A stretch of DNA of 64,000 nt from Octopus vulgaris (GCA_951406725.2 OX597818.1:19096001-19160000), one strand, 5' to 3'; positions 27,548-41,112 are shown, counted from the stretch's first letter. Notes: generated by a model from the sequence alone, not told the origin. A program made the numbers and translations.

Positions 27548-27583
27548 TGTGTGTGTGTGTGTGTGTTTGTGTGTGTTTATATA

Positions 27584-27619
<36 letters not shown>

Positions 27620-27719
27620 TGTATGTATGTATGTATGTATGTGTGTATGTATGTATGTATGTATGTATGTATGTATGTATGTATGTATGTGTATATGTAT
27701 GTATATATGTGTATTTATG

Positions 27720-28260
27720 TCAGGTCACTTTCGAGTGCTACTGGCAACATGTAACCCAGTACAACCTGTTGCATGGTCGGGTCGTCGGCGACTAAACCGG
27801 CAACCCCACCAAGCTTGCTTGGTGAGGAGGGTGTTTATTGGACACCCTGCGGGATGAAAAACAAAACCCGTCAAAGGGGCGGATGAACTCTTGAGAGTCA
27901 ACGGCCATCCAATAAATGTCTTAAGGCTGTATCATGCGCGGGGACATAGAAATAATCGGACTGAATACCCGATCGCGCGGTTAAACCATTGGGAGTGAAG
28001 GACTCCTAGCCTTTGTTAGGGCATCCTTTTAGGAGAAGGTAACTCAGGTAACTGGGATAACCCCGACATAAAACCTGCGGCTCAGTGGTTACCGATGGTG
28101 TTGACTTGTTCTTTTCGAATTATGGCTGCTGTTGCTTAGTGAGTGGGATTGACTTTCCCCACTTTAAAAAAGAATCTTCTTGCACAGGCATTGCACGATA
28201 ACAACATTGATTAAGCTTCGCGCAATGGCCATACTCGATAAAGAGGGGTCAGTCACCATG
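27720..28260 (+). mobile_element. GC-rich, hairpin-dense segment resembling an RTE-clade LINE 5' UTR
   Basis: GGGCATCCTTTTAGGAGAAGGTAACTC resembles the RTE 5' UTR motif (GGCAACC..TAGGAGAAGGAAAACTC). Multiple stems are present. It ends at CACCATG and is bounded by microsatellites. Confidence 0.5.
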
Positions 28261-28686
28261 TATGTGTGTATATATATATATATATATAATTTTAAAAATT
28301 GGAGTCAACAAGGAGGAGTACGGTTGGACATTTATTTTCAATCACTACAATCATTTCTACGAAACGTGTTCCTCCAGGCGTGCAGGTACTTGATTATGCA
28401 ACCGTTTTCCTGCATTATGAGATCTAGTTGTGTTTCCTCAGGTGAGGAATTATCTATTCAATTATCTATTCACTTCACACACGACAGAAGCCCAAACGTA
28501 AGCCTGGAAATACGTATAATACTACATACTGGATAGCAGAGGGTGAAATCTAAAGGTGGACAAGCTTTATACTGTTCTCTTCTACGTTCTTAACTGAATA
28601 TGCCATAACTATATATATATATATACATACATATATATGCATATACATATGCATATATATATATATATATATATGTGCACACACAC

Positions 28687-28766
<80 letters not shown>

Positions 28767-28770
<4 letters not shown>

Positions 28771-28977
28771 ATCCAAACATGAAAACACCAAGAGAAAACA
28801 CAACAACGCGAGGACGTGGAACAAATATAGTATTATTGGACGCTCAGGAAGGAAAGGAAGAAGGAAGGTTTTACGTTTCAAGCGGAGCTCTTCGTCAGAA
28901 ACATAGGAAAAGGAACGATCCAGAGAAGGGAAGACGGAGGAAAAAAAAATCGCCAACGGTACACACGCGGTCACATT
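28767..28977 (-). mobile_element. ~200-bp hammerhead element, copy 4 (core nucleotides intact)
   Basis: Minus strand: CTGACGA-A-GAGCTCCGCTT-GAAACGTAA...CCTGAGC-GTC at ~28833-28903. (TA)n on both sides. Confidence 0.8.
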
Positions 28978-29018
28978 ATATATAAATATACATATATATA
29001 TGTATATATGTATGTATA

Positions 29019-29084
<66 letters not shown>

Positions 29085-29121
29085 AACATGAATAGATAGA
29101 TAGATAGATAGATAGACAGAC

Positions 29122-29269
<148 letters not shown>

Positions 29270-29779
29270 CTTAGAATTCAGAGGACAGTGAGGAAGCTAC
29301 TGAGCTATATTTATTGGGACTGTGGATTCAAATGTAGTCATATGTATCTATCTCTGATTCGAAAATAAGTATGTAATACATTGTATTAAGATTAGTTACA
29401 TTTTACCAGCGTGGTTGTACAGTAGTAGAGTAATATTATAGTTACATCATGTCTTCAAATTGATTTTATAGTTAATATTATTTACTACTTGATGTAATGT
29501 AAAAAATATTAGATAACAACTCTCGCTGTAGGAGAAACAGCACGTATATTACAAAGAATACTGTCGGCCGCCGTGGAACATTTGTATTCACAGTGAACCT
29601 CGGACACTTGCTGACGTCTATGACGGGGTGCGCAGTCGACAGCCGTGTGCATCGACATCGATCACTGCATTCCGCCTCTGAGCCGAAGCTTCGCCGCTTC
29701 TGTCTTGTTGCCGGCGAACTGCAGACCGTACGTTGCCAGCGAGCTGCAGACCGTCCGTTTAGCTCAGGCGATTAGCTCA

Positions 29780-29935
29780 ACCCCAGTACGCAACTGGTAC
29801 TTAATTTATCGACCCCCAAAAGAAGAAAAGGCAAAGTCGACCTCGGCGGAACTTGAACTCAGAACGTAGCGACGGGCGAAATACCGCTATACATTTCGTT
29901 CAGCGTGCTTACGATTCTGCCATCTCGCTGCCTTA
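29780..29935 (-). mobile_element. SINE family A head and body (normal tail absent)
   Basis: Homologous to the 911-1136 head and central module. Confidence 0.8.
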
Positions 29936-29950
29936 AACCACTAGCAATAA

Positions 29951-30284
29951 AAGGGGTAAAGACCCCCTTCGGTCATGAATGACCATGGGATTGCACCTAG
30001 AAAGTTACCCTCCTAGACACAAGTCCGGGCAATGTTGTTTTATGGAAGACCAGCAGTCGCCTATGTATACTGGCCTCCCCTCTCCACGCCACTAGTATTA
30101 TCCAAGGGAAAGACAAAGGTCGATACAGCTTGGCACCAGTGACGTCGCAACTCATTTCTACAACGTGGAGCAACGTGAAATAAAGTGCCTTGCTCAAGAA
30201 CACAACACGCAGTCCGGTCCGGGATTCGAGCTCACAACCTCACGATCGTAAGCTCGACGCTCTAACCACTGAGCCATGCGCCTT
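29951..30284 (-). mobile_element. tRNA-derived SINE, family D (tail type 2), with 12-bp TSD
   Basis: Minus-strand head GAAGGCGCATGGCTCAGTGGTTAGAGCG...GAGCTCGAATCCC, then TGTTCTTGAGCAAGGCACTT. CACTAGCAATAA at 29939-29950 and 30285-30296. The same tail recurs at ~57747-57968. Confidence 0.85.
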
Positions 30285-31490
30285 CACTAGCAATAATAAA
30301 CCACTAGCAATAATAAATCACATTCAGTATCATCGCTGTCAGGCTATTTAATTACTCTTTTTATAATTGTTATTACGTATTTATATTTCATGTCATACAA
30401 AGAAAGATAACTTCAACAAGACTGGGCTAAGTCCCCAGTTTGAGAACACCTTCCTCACTATCTCCACTACCCTGGAGGCCCTGTAAAAGGGGCCATGCCC
30501 AAAGCCTTCTTTCTTAACTAAAAATAGAAAGAAAATTGTTTTAAAAAGAGCCATTAAACATTCGGCCCGAGCCTATAAGCAAATGAAAAGGGGCCTACAG
30601 CTTGACTCCGGCTTATAACTGTTACCTTCATTGCAGAGGTCTGGATATTATGAAGAAAATTTATCTCGTATCCACTACCCAAAGCGACTGAAAACCACAG
30701 CTGAATACTCCCGGTCTTAAGAGCCTTCTACAACAATAACAACAGCAATAACAATAACAGCAGCAACAGTCGCGGTTAAAACAATAACATTAAAATTAAA
30801 CTCCTTGCTCCCCCACTATTACTTGACAACCGATGTTGGTGTGTTTATGTCTAGGTAGGATAAACAAGTCCGCATCATTATCTTTGCATTCAGTTACATA
30901 CTACACCAAGATAGCCGCAACAAACTAGCCTGCCCACTGACTCCGGATAAACACATTTCAGAAACAGCAAACTCAACCACCACCACTGCCACCACTACCA
31001 CCATCACCACCACCACTATAGCCACCACTGCCTCCATCCTCGCCGCCGCCATCTTTTCTCTCTTCCTATATCAGTGGTACACTTGGAAGTATTTAAGACA
31101 TGCTTGTTATATTATCCATGACGCAACGCAATCATTTGGCACGCTGTTGTACAATTATGCAGTCTCTGAAACCATCTAATTGAAATGCTATTTGCTTTTA
31201 ATCAAAGTCAACTCTATAATATTCTCACATAGAATAATCATACATATCATCGCTTCAGACAAATTTCAGCTGGCATCAACCCAGGTCACTACTAGCTTTA
31301 TCTTCATTTTATTCTTTTATTCTTATATTCTTATATTCTTATATTCTCTTACTTGTTTCATGCATTGGACTGCGACCATGCCGGTGCACTACTCTGAAGG
31401 GGTTTAGTCCAGTACTTACATCTTCAAGTTGGTTCAGTTTTGCCAAACCGCTAGCTTGCGAAGACGCGTAAACCAACAAGCAAATATAAG

Positions 31491-31521
<31 letters not shown>

Positions 31522-31869
31522 ATCTATCTATATATATATATATATATCTATATATATATATACATACATACATACATACATACATACATACATACATACA
31601 TACGTGTGTGTTCGTGCATGCGTGTGTATGTGGGTGCGTATGCGTGTATGGGTGTGAATGTGTTTTAAGTTCGATTCCTTGAGTTGCTTTCTTGAGCAAA
31701 ACACTTCATTTCACGTCGCTCCTGCCCCCACCCTTTCGATCAGGGGTAACGTTGGCCTGCTCGCCTAGCCAGCGGGATGGTGTCATTTGAAGGCTAAAAC
31801 AATGCATATGCGCATTGTGACCAGCGATGTTTAACAACATCTAATAGCCTGGTCGGTCAAGTGATCACA

Positions 31870-31907
<38 letters not shown>

Positions 31908-32083
31908 CACGAAGTAAGTTAGGGGTTATGGATCCAACCCACTAAGAGATAATATTTATCCAATATACTGTTGGTATAATACCCAAATTATTAATACACA
32001 AGTGTTTTTAATTGCACTGCAATTAACTTACTTATTGTGTTAAATGGGTGAAGGTAAAGAAATATTTTACCATTAATTTATAT

Positions 32084-32899
32084 TACAAATAAGAAAATGG
32101 AGAAACAATTTAGTTGGTTCATCAGCTTTCGGATATTAGAATGTTGACTTATTTATTTATTTAACAAAAACGAGAACCTTAATAACCTTAATGATTTCAA
32201 TTTATATTAAGATATTTATAATTGTATTCTTATCTTATACTAGCAGTATCGCCCGGCGTTGCTCGGGTTTGTATGGGAAATAACTATATAAGCATTTTTA
32301 GTGATTTATAGCAAAAAAATAGCAAAAAAATGCATTAAAAATGGAATAAAAAATTATGGTAATTTTGGTGTCTTCAAGCCATGAAGTCGTTGTTCTATAA
32401 GAACGCTGGTCTCCTTGACAATGCTTTACGACGTTGATTTCATTACACTCCCTTCCCCACAGCTTCAAAGGGAGGGAAGAAGGGGGAGAAGCAAACACAG
32501 GTGCAGGTGTGAGCGTGGACGCCAACTCCGCCGCCATCGACACACGAAAAAATATGCGTTAAAATGGAATAAAAAATGATGTTAAATTATTTTTAAAATC
32601 GTAGACTCATCGTAGACGCGCGCTAATACCCAGACGGGCTCGATATGAATCACGACTATAAGATACCCGAATTTGGTTAAACCGCACCGCAAAATGTGGG
32701 AGTAGTTAGGAATCTAAATCGAAGGGGACAGACACTCACACAACTAGAGTTTTATATATATATATAGATGTATTGAATTATAACGTATATATGTATGTTA
32801 TCAAGGTTCTCGTTTTTGTTAAATAAATAAATAAGTCAACATTCTAATATCCTAAAGCTGATGAACCAACTAAATTGTTTCTCCATTTTCTTATTTGTA
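32084..32899. repeat. 103-bp inverted repeat arms (32084-32186 / 32797-32899) enclosing a Helitron
   Basis: TACAAATAAGAAAATGGAGAAACAATTTAGTTGGTTCATCAGC...GAACCTT is mirrored almost perfectly. Confidence 0.85.
32240..32768 (-). mobile_element. Non-autonomous Helitron, complete termini
   Basis: Minus strand A|TCTATATATA...CCCGAGCAACGCCGGG-CGATACTG-CTAG|T: 5' TC, subterminal hairpin, 3' CTAG, AT target and no TSD. Confidence 0.85.
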
Positions 32900-32946
<47 letters not shown>

Positions 32947-32947
<1 letters not shown>

Positions 32948-34197
32948 TAGCAGTATCGCCCGGCGTTGCTCGGGTTTGTAAGGGAAATAACTATATAAGC
33001 ATTTTTAGAGAGTTATAGCCAAAAAATAGCAAATAAATGCATTAAAAATGGAAAAAAAATGATGGTACATTTTTTTTAAATCGTTGACTCATCGTAGACA
33101 TTTTTAGAGAGTTACTTCCCTTATTATAATAGCGAAAAAAATGCATTAAAATGGAAAAAATTATGGTAAATTATTTTTTAAATCGTAGACTCATCGTAGA
33201 CGCGCGCTAATACCCAGAAGGGCTCGATATGAATCATGAGTATAAGATACCCGGTTTTGGTTAAACTGCACCGCAAAATGTGGGAGTAGTTAGGAATCTA
33301 AATCGTAGGAGACAGACACACAACTTCACTTTTATATATAAAGATTTGTGCAACAACTAAAACATTCGGTTGTGCAAATTGTTTGCACAGGAAACCTGCC
33401 CTGTGTGGCGGTTTTTGCCGTTTTTGTGGATCTGTTTCAGCTTTTTTAGCGATTTCTGTTTTGGCGACTTCAAACACGACGACCACCACGACCACGACCA
33501 CCATCACCACTACCAGCACCACCGCCACCACCGCTGCCACTACCACCGCCTCCACCACCACCATACTATGCCTCTGGTCTCTCCTTTTGGCTACTAAATC
33601 CATTACCATATTTCACAAGTACCATCGCCATACAATATTGCCTTCAAAAGTTTGAGTTTGGATAATATTTTTTAAGTAAAAGTTGTGCAACAACTATAAC
33701 ATTCGATTGTGCAAATTATTTGCAGGGGAAACCTTCCGTGTGTGGCGTGTTTCCCGATTTTGTAGAATTTGCTTTCGGGCTTTCTTAGCCATTTCTGTTT
33801 TGGTGTCTTCAAGCCATGAAGTCGTTGTTCTATAAGAACGCTGGTCTCCTTGACAACGCTTTACGACGTTGATTTCCTTACACTCCCTTCCCCACAGCTT
33901 CACGAGGGAGGGAAGAAGGGGGAGAAGCAACACAGGTGCAGGTGTGAGCATGGACGCCAACTCCGCCGCCATCGACACACGAAAAAATATGCGTTAAAAT
34001 GGAAAAAAATTATGGTAAATTATTTTTAAAATCGTAGACTCATCGTAGACGCGCGCTAATACCCAGACGGGCTCGATATGAATCATGACTATAAGATACC
34101 CGAATTTGGTTAAACTGCACCGCAAAATGTGGGAGTAGTTAGGAATCTAAATCGTAGGAGACAGGCACTCACACAACTTCACTTTTATATATATAGA
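32947..34197 (-). mobile_element. Composite Helitron: one 3' CTAG end and two 5' TC ends (33344 and 34197)
   Basis: Same terminal hairpin/CTAG at 32947. The 5' module (AATCGTAGACTCATCG...CACTTTTATATATA(A/T)AGAT) occurs twice. Internal blocks are duplicated at ~33346-33470 and ~33683-33800. Confidence 0.8.
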
Positions 34198-34482
34198 TAT
34201 ATATACTTTCAGTAAAAACAATTAAGATTCAAGTGAGTTCCAATGAATTTACATGAATGCGGTACTTAACTTTGATGCACCAGAAATCTATATGGTATTA
34301 ACCATAAAATAATGTGTGGTGATTATAAACAAGAAAAAAGCAACAAGAATGGATTAGAACATTAAATCCATTTTTTCTTCCTTTTATATAATGTAATAAT
34401 TTGAATTCGCCTTAAATGGTCCCTTTGCATACTGAATACTTGGTGAAATTGATTAATTAATTAATTTTACCCTCAATTGTTG

Positions 34483-34608
<126 letters not shown>

Positions 34609-34655
34609 TAAATGAAAGAATGGAGTCGAACGAAGATGTTAACAAAATCCCTTTA

Positions 34656-34737
34656 CTCTCGACACATGTTTCGAAGACAGTATATTTTCATTCCGAAGGA
34701 ATAAAGGGTGCATTCTGCAATCTTCTCATCAGGAAAG
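34656..34737 (-). ncRNA. Type I hammerhead ribozyme with extended stem II, intact core
   Basis: Minus strand: CTTTC-CTGATGA-GAAGA...TCTTC-GAAAC-ATGT-GTC-GAGAG, with an ACATGT palindrome in stem III. A ~21-bp inverted repeat flanks it (~34602-34622 / ~34888-34908). Confidence 0.8.
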
Positions 34738-35056
34738 AAAATCAGCCTCTCTCAACAACAAGACAAACAAATATTTCGATGATTGCCTACATGGTAACCA
34801 AAGCGATAATGAGTGTTTTTTTTTTTTAAAATCCGTTATAAGCATTGACGACAAAAATGGATAGTAGGAGGAAGTAAAAATAGGTATCATTCTTTCATTT
34901 ATTCATATACAACACACAAATTTCTACACATGAACCCGGAGTTTCTACCCTTGACAGGTCGCTTCAACCGTGTTTTCTGACGTGAATTTGCTACCCAGGT
35001 TTCGGTTAAACGAATTTTCCATGCTGACGATAAACATAGGATAATTCATTCACCTA

Positions 35057-35109
<53 letters not shown>

Positions 35110-35111
<2 letters not shown>

Positions 35112-35185
35112 TTTGATACTTTGATACTTTGATAGGTTTCGGCCATTATTGGCCCAGGCCATGTCTAACTTAATAGCACCACCTG

Positions 35186-35187
<2 letters not shown>
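35110..35187 (-). mobile_element. Extreme 3' end of the CR1-type LINE family
   Basis: Minus strand GGTGGTGCTATTAAGTTAG..ATGGCCTGGGCC..TGGCCGAAACC matches 5705-5755. Tail is (TATCAAAG)3, inserted in (TA)n. Confidence 0.75.
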
Positions 35188-35219
<32 letters not shown>

Positions 35220-35644
35220 AAAAGAAATTTCTTGGTACAGTATTATATATTTGAAAAAATGATTACAGAAAGTGACTCTGGTATGAGTTTCAAGTTTCAA
35301 ATAACCGTTTTCAAACTGAAAAATGTATGTTTTACTGGTTGTTTACATAGCAAAAGAAGATTCTCACAAGTATACAGACGAAAAAATACACGCAAAAAGG
35401 AAAATATATTTTTAAAAATGCAAATGCATGTGTAGAAGAAGAAGAAGAAGAAGAAGAAGAAGAAGAAGAAGAAGAAGAAGAAGAAGAAGAAGAAGAAGAA
35501 GAAGAAGAAGAAGAAGAAGAAGAAGAAGAATCAGTAAATGAAATAAAGATAAAAATAAAGATAAAGAGAAGACTAATAGTAATTGAGAACGGAGGAGGAA
35601 GGAGAGTTAAGTCCATCAAGAATAAAGAAATGAAATATATTGGC

Positions 35645-35967
35645 TAGGTACTTAATTTATCGACCCCGAAAGAAGGAACGGCAAAGTCGACCTCGGCGGA
35701 ATTTAAACTCAGAACATAAAGACAGACGAAATACCTATTTCTTTACTACCCACAAGGGGCTAAACACAGAAGGGACAAACAAGGACAGACAAACGGATTA
35801 AGTCGATTATATCGACCTCCGTGCGTAACTGGTACTTATTTAATCGACCCCAAAAGGGTGAAAGGCAAAGTCGACCTCGGCGGAATTTGAACTCAGAACA
35901 TAGCGGCAGACGAAATACCGCTAAGCATTTCGCCCGCGTGCTAACGTTTCTGCCAGCTCGCAGCCTT
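35645..35967 (-). mobile_element. SINE family A with duplicated body module
   Basis: Same architecture as 16760-17090 and 44810-45200. Confidence 0.85.
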
Positions 35968-36659
35968 AGATCTTGAATTCTTCAACCATTTTGACACAAG
36001 ACGAGCAATTTTGGGGGGTGTTTAACTGGAACTTATTTTTATCAATCCTGAAAGTCGAGCTCGGCGGAAAAATAATAAAAATAATGCAGCCCAAGTCAGT
36101 TCCCTCATAGATACGGTGTATACCTTCAGTGCTGATAACAGAATGGAGTTCGGACTGAGAAAGTATGGTGTTAAGAGGAACCCTTTGGGGTTTGAATAAT
36201 TCACCTCTGGAAATATGGGTGTTTCCTTCAACATCCTTAAACAAACCTTATTCAGGGACCTTTTGAGTAGGATGGGCAACTCGACCTCAATAAAATTCTA
36301 ACTGGGCCCCACCTTCAAGGTCATGTATAGTTTATCTTGATATGAGATTACCATGTTGCGTACATACGGTTGTGATGCATGTGCCTGGTGAAACCTTGTC
36401 AGATGGGTGATCATAATGGATATATTGGGCTTCGTATATTTGTAACCCAGTGTCACTTTTATAACATGCATTGTTCTCTCACTCAAGAAGAAGAAGAAGA
36501 AGAAGAAGAAGAAGAAGAAGAAGAAGAAGAAGAAGAAGAAGAAGAAGAAGAAGAAGAAAAAGAAGAAGAAGAAGAAGAAGAAGAAGAAGAAGAAGAAGAA
36601 GAAGAAGAAGAAGAAGAAGAAGAAGAAGAAGAAGAAGAAGAAGAAGAAGAAGAAGAAGG

Positions 36660-39590
36660 TACTGAAAGAAATTAAGACAGGTAACATGACCGGAATGAAC
36701 ATATTGATAAAAGCTTAGCTCATCTATTTGGAAAGGAAGGTAGGTCTTGTACCAAACTTTAAGAGGGGACATGTACCGAAAGAATGTGAGTGAAAATGAA
36801 GGATAAATCAATCAATGAACCAACTACGAAAGCATATTAACATCCTGGAAGGAAAGAAATATGGTGAAATCAGGAAGGAGAAATATCAGGTACTAGAACG
36901 TAGGTATAAGATGAAGAGAAAGGATGAAGGTATAGGATAAAGAAAAATATATAGGATGAAGAAAAGGCTCTTTGAAGAGCTGAAACAAATACTGTAGGCT
37001 AAAGTAAAAATAAGAAGAAATATGACCAAAAAATGAACAATATAAAATCAATAGATCGTTCCAACAGAATCAGAAAAAGGCTTATCATATCTGAATGGAA
37101 AAAATTAACGACAATGGGAAACCTGATGCTGAAGAAAGAAGGAACTTTTATAGTGACATCAGGGATAACGGAAAGGATCATAAGAAAGATGCTGAATGGT
37201 TGAAGAATTTAACATCTGGGGAAAATGAAATAAAACAGAATGATATAAGGATAACAAGTGAAATGGTGGCCGAGCAGACAACAAAGATTCCAAACTGGAA
37301 ATGTCAAGTTCTGGATGTGGTGCAGGGGTATAGGGGGAAATATTTCCCAAAATAACACGAAAGAATAGCTGTGCAAATGATCGACAACGGGATAGAAATT
37401 TCGAAATGGATGACCTCCGGGTAAACGGTTCTTTGCTAAAACGCACTGGTAAAAGCAATACGGAGGATAATTACAGCCAATTTCTTACCCAACCCTGATG
37501 CAGAAGCTGGAAGTTGGTGACAGAAATAATATCTAATTGTGTGTATGACTTCCTTGAAATGAATTACAAGTTTCCAGTGGAACAAGGGATACAAGAGGAA
37601 AACCCGAGGGACAAAAGACTAACTTCTGATAGTAAAAATAGTGCTGAAGAAAAAAACGAACTAATCTGGGTATGACGTGGATTGATTATAAGAAAGCTTA
37701 TGACATGATCCACCATTCTTGGATTTTATAAAGTTAGACAGATATTATGGAAAGTGACATCAGGGGTCACTTTGAAAAGTAGAGAAAAGTTGAATCACCT
37801 TTTGTATATGGATGACTTATAGATCTTCTGTAAGAGTGAGCGCGAAAAAAATGATTTTGTTTTAACAGTGCAGATATTCAGTAACGACATCGGGATGGAG
37901 TTTGGGGTTAATAAGTGTGGTGTGCTTATCCTAAAAAAGGGGAAAGTAATGTCAACTGATGGAGTAGAACTGCCCAACGGTGAGAGAATTAAGGGTGTTG
38001 ATGTGAATGGATACAAATATCTGGGTGTTTTGGAGTACGACAAAATCAAGGAGAGTGAAATGGAGGAAACCTTTAGGCAAGAATACTCAGGAGAACCAGG
38101 TTAGTCATGAAAGCAAACTCAGTGAAAAGAACAAGATCAGAGCAATGAATACATGGACTGCTTCTCTAATGCGATATGGCGCATGTATTGTTAGATGGGC
38201 AAAGGACGAGCTTGAGGAAATGGATACAAAGACCAGGGAAATGATAATAGGGAACAAGGAACTGCACCCTAACAGCGATGTCAATTGGTTCCCTGTGTCT
38301 AAAAACAAGGGAGTGAGATGCAAGATCTGTGTTGTCCTTGAGGAAAACAGCCTGAGGTGGTACGTCAAACAGTAAGATTGAACCTTTGGTTGTTGCTGTT
38401 CGAAACAGCAAGACGATACCCAGTGGAAATGTGACACACCTAAACGAATTTAAGAAACAAGATGGAGAGCAAAGATTGAACAACTGGAAAGTGAAAGCGA
38501 TGCATAGCCAATATCTCAGAGAAATGGAAAGGAAAGATGACCAACATCTGGAGTTATCTAATGAAAAGTGATGCACTGAGACATTAATTTGCAGGGCTCA
38601 GGAACAAACTTTGGGAGCTAATTGCCCCAAGTTACAAATAGATAAGAGTTTTGAATCGCCCCTTTGTAAGATGTCTGACAAAAAATGAAACAGTCTCACA
38701 TATTGTGAGTGTGGCAAATTGGCTCAAAAGGAATACAAAAGACGGTATGATAATGTAGCTGGATATGTTCAATAGAGATTGTATGAAAAGTATGGTTTTC
38801 CAAGGACATTGAAATAGTACGAGCATAAACCAGAAGATGTCACTGTGGAGGCACATGGCCTAGTGGTTAGAGCAGCGGACTCGCGGTCGAGGGATCGCGG
38901 GTTCGAATCTCAAGCCGGGTGATGTGTGTGTTTATGAGCGAAACACCTAAGCTCCACGCGGCTCCGGCAGAAGGTAATGGCGAACTTCTGCTGACTCTTT
39001 CTCTTCCCTCCTGCATCTTGCAGCTCACCTGCGATGGACCGGCGTCCCGTCCAGGTGGGGAACCTATACGCCAAGGAAACCGGGAAACCGACACTTGTGA
39101 GCCAGGCATGGCTTCAGAAGGAACAAACAAGGTGTCACTGAGAAAAACGAGTATAAGATCATGTGCGATTTTACGATCCAGTGATTCAGTAATTGATGCA
39201 CGAAGAAAATACATTGTTGTAGTTGCTAAAATGATGAAGGAAACCAAGATCACAGATATTGCCATATGTTGGGGTGTACGAGTGGATGGTAAAGATCTGG
39301 AAAAGTTTGAGAATTATAAGTCACTTAAAGATGAGATTGCACGAATGTGGACAATGAAGTCAGTAACTGCCATCCCAGTTGTTGTATTGGTACTAGAAGA
39401 ATTAACAACCAGGTTTGAGAAATTTGTTGGAGAAATTGAGATTGACATGAGAGTAGAACTCAGATTTTGAGACTGGTGCTTGAATGTTAAGTATCATAGA
39501 AGAAGAACCTGTTTTACAAAATTAGCCGGAGCAAGTAAAATCGCGAGCTCTGAGAAGTGGAATATACAAACTGTTGTAATAATAGTAATA
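36660..39590 (+). mobile_element. Decayed R4/Dong-clade non-LTR retrotransposon (RT, CCHC-like knuckle, restriction-like endonuclease)
   Basis: WIDYKKAYDMIHHSWI (~37678), HLLYMDDL (~37796), FSNDIGMEFGVNKC and YKYLGVLE; CKM...ETVSHIVS (~38665-38710); IVVV..KETKITDIAI...EKFENYKSLKDEIARMW...IPVVV. Many stops and frameshifts, and RT domain 4 appears deleted. The 5' end abuts (GAA)n at 36485-36658. Confidence 0.85.
38847..39130 (+). mobile_element. SINE family C (tail type 2) inserted in the R4/Dong element, with TSD
   Basis: Family C head. AGATGTCACTG (38835-38845) and AGGTGTCACTG (39130-39140) flank it. The same subfamily occurs on the minus strand at 56027-56330. Confidence 0.85.
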
Positions 39591-40041
39591 TAACAGATAG
39601 CATGTTAGAAGGGAGGAGTAGAACACTAAAATGAGGGGGAATTGAATCTGAAAGGCATAATAGGTCCTCAAATAAAAAAAGTTTAAGGGCAGTCATATAC
39701 AACAGCACTAAGTAAAACATAAAATATTTTATCTATTAAAATATGTAATAGAGATTAACTACTCCCATATTTCAAGGGAGATGTAATGAAGAGAAGAGAA
39801 CAATTCCGTCCCCACAAAATTAGTTAGGGTCACATCCTCGGCGTTTATAGAATCTGTCTAGAAAGTGGTTGTATTAACGACCAGACCACAGAAGTGCGAC
39901 GAAACTGTTTGTCAATTTATAGTAAGCAATATTAATAATAAATGAAAGTGAACGAGACAGCTTTGTGTTCTTAAACAGTAAAAATTACTCTTATACATGT
40001 GTGTGAGTGTGTGTGTGTGTGTATGTGTGTATGTGTGTGTA

Positions 40042-40081
<40 letters not shown>

Positions 40082-40346
40082 TGTGTGTTTAGTTCTGTCT
40101 TTTGATGGAAGACATGTTTTGTCTGATTCAATTCAGATCTACAATCCCTGAGGCTCTAAATGTAGCTTTAGATACCGATTCTTTCTTTTTTCTGTTACAA
40201 GCAAATTCTAACCTTTTAAAAGATTAAGACGTGATAGTATTTCACGATAATTTATAAAGTGGTGCTTTGCTTTTATCGAATACTCATAGACGCATACACA
40301 CATATACATACATACATACTTACATACGTACATATGTACGTATGTG

Positions 40347-40417
<71 letters not shown>

Positions 40418-41112
40418 ATGTATATATACGCACTTATTTGTATGTGTATGTGTGTAAATGATTAGGTTTTATGTACTAAGTACGAATGACACTAAAAATA
40501 AGATAACTCTATACTGTAATTAAAATAAATATTTAACTGATGTACCTCAAAGTACAGACCGCTCGTACTTGCTGGCGGTTTCTTATGTCGATTCTTCAGA
40601 CTGCGATAACAATTGGAGTAATACTGTATTTACGCATTTTCTTCTAGTTGTAGGTGATTGTGAATAAAGTGGAACGTTTTGAGGGAAGGTTTCTTTGATT
40701 AAATTGAAAACTGGTGAGTTATTTTTTTGTTGGAATTGTGCACGGCTTTGACACTAACGATTAGCTGTGCGATTTGATTGGTTAAAAAAAGACATGTGTC
40801 ATTTGTTTGTTGTCGAAAGGTGTTTCGACCTGGTCTTGAGAAGCAAGGTGTATTTTGTTTCAGTCATTGGACTATGAATATGCTGAGGCACAACTTGAAG
40901 GGTTTTAGCTGAACGAATCGACCCCGGGGCTTTTTCTAAGCCTGGTACTTATTCTATCGGTTTAAAAAAAAAAATTTTATGCACCCGTAACTTAGTGGTT
41001 CGGCAAAAGAGACCGATAGAATAAGTATTAGGCTTACAAAGAATAAGGCCTGGGGTCGATTTGTTCGACTAAGGGCGATGCTCCAGTATGACCGCAGTGT
41101 TATAGATAGATA

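Noticed and set aside
32855-32880. CTGATGA in the 103-bp inverted arms as a hammerhead
   Set aside because: No stem II or GAAA follows it.
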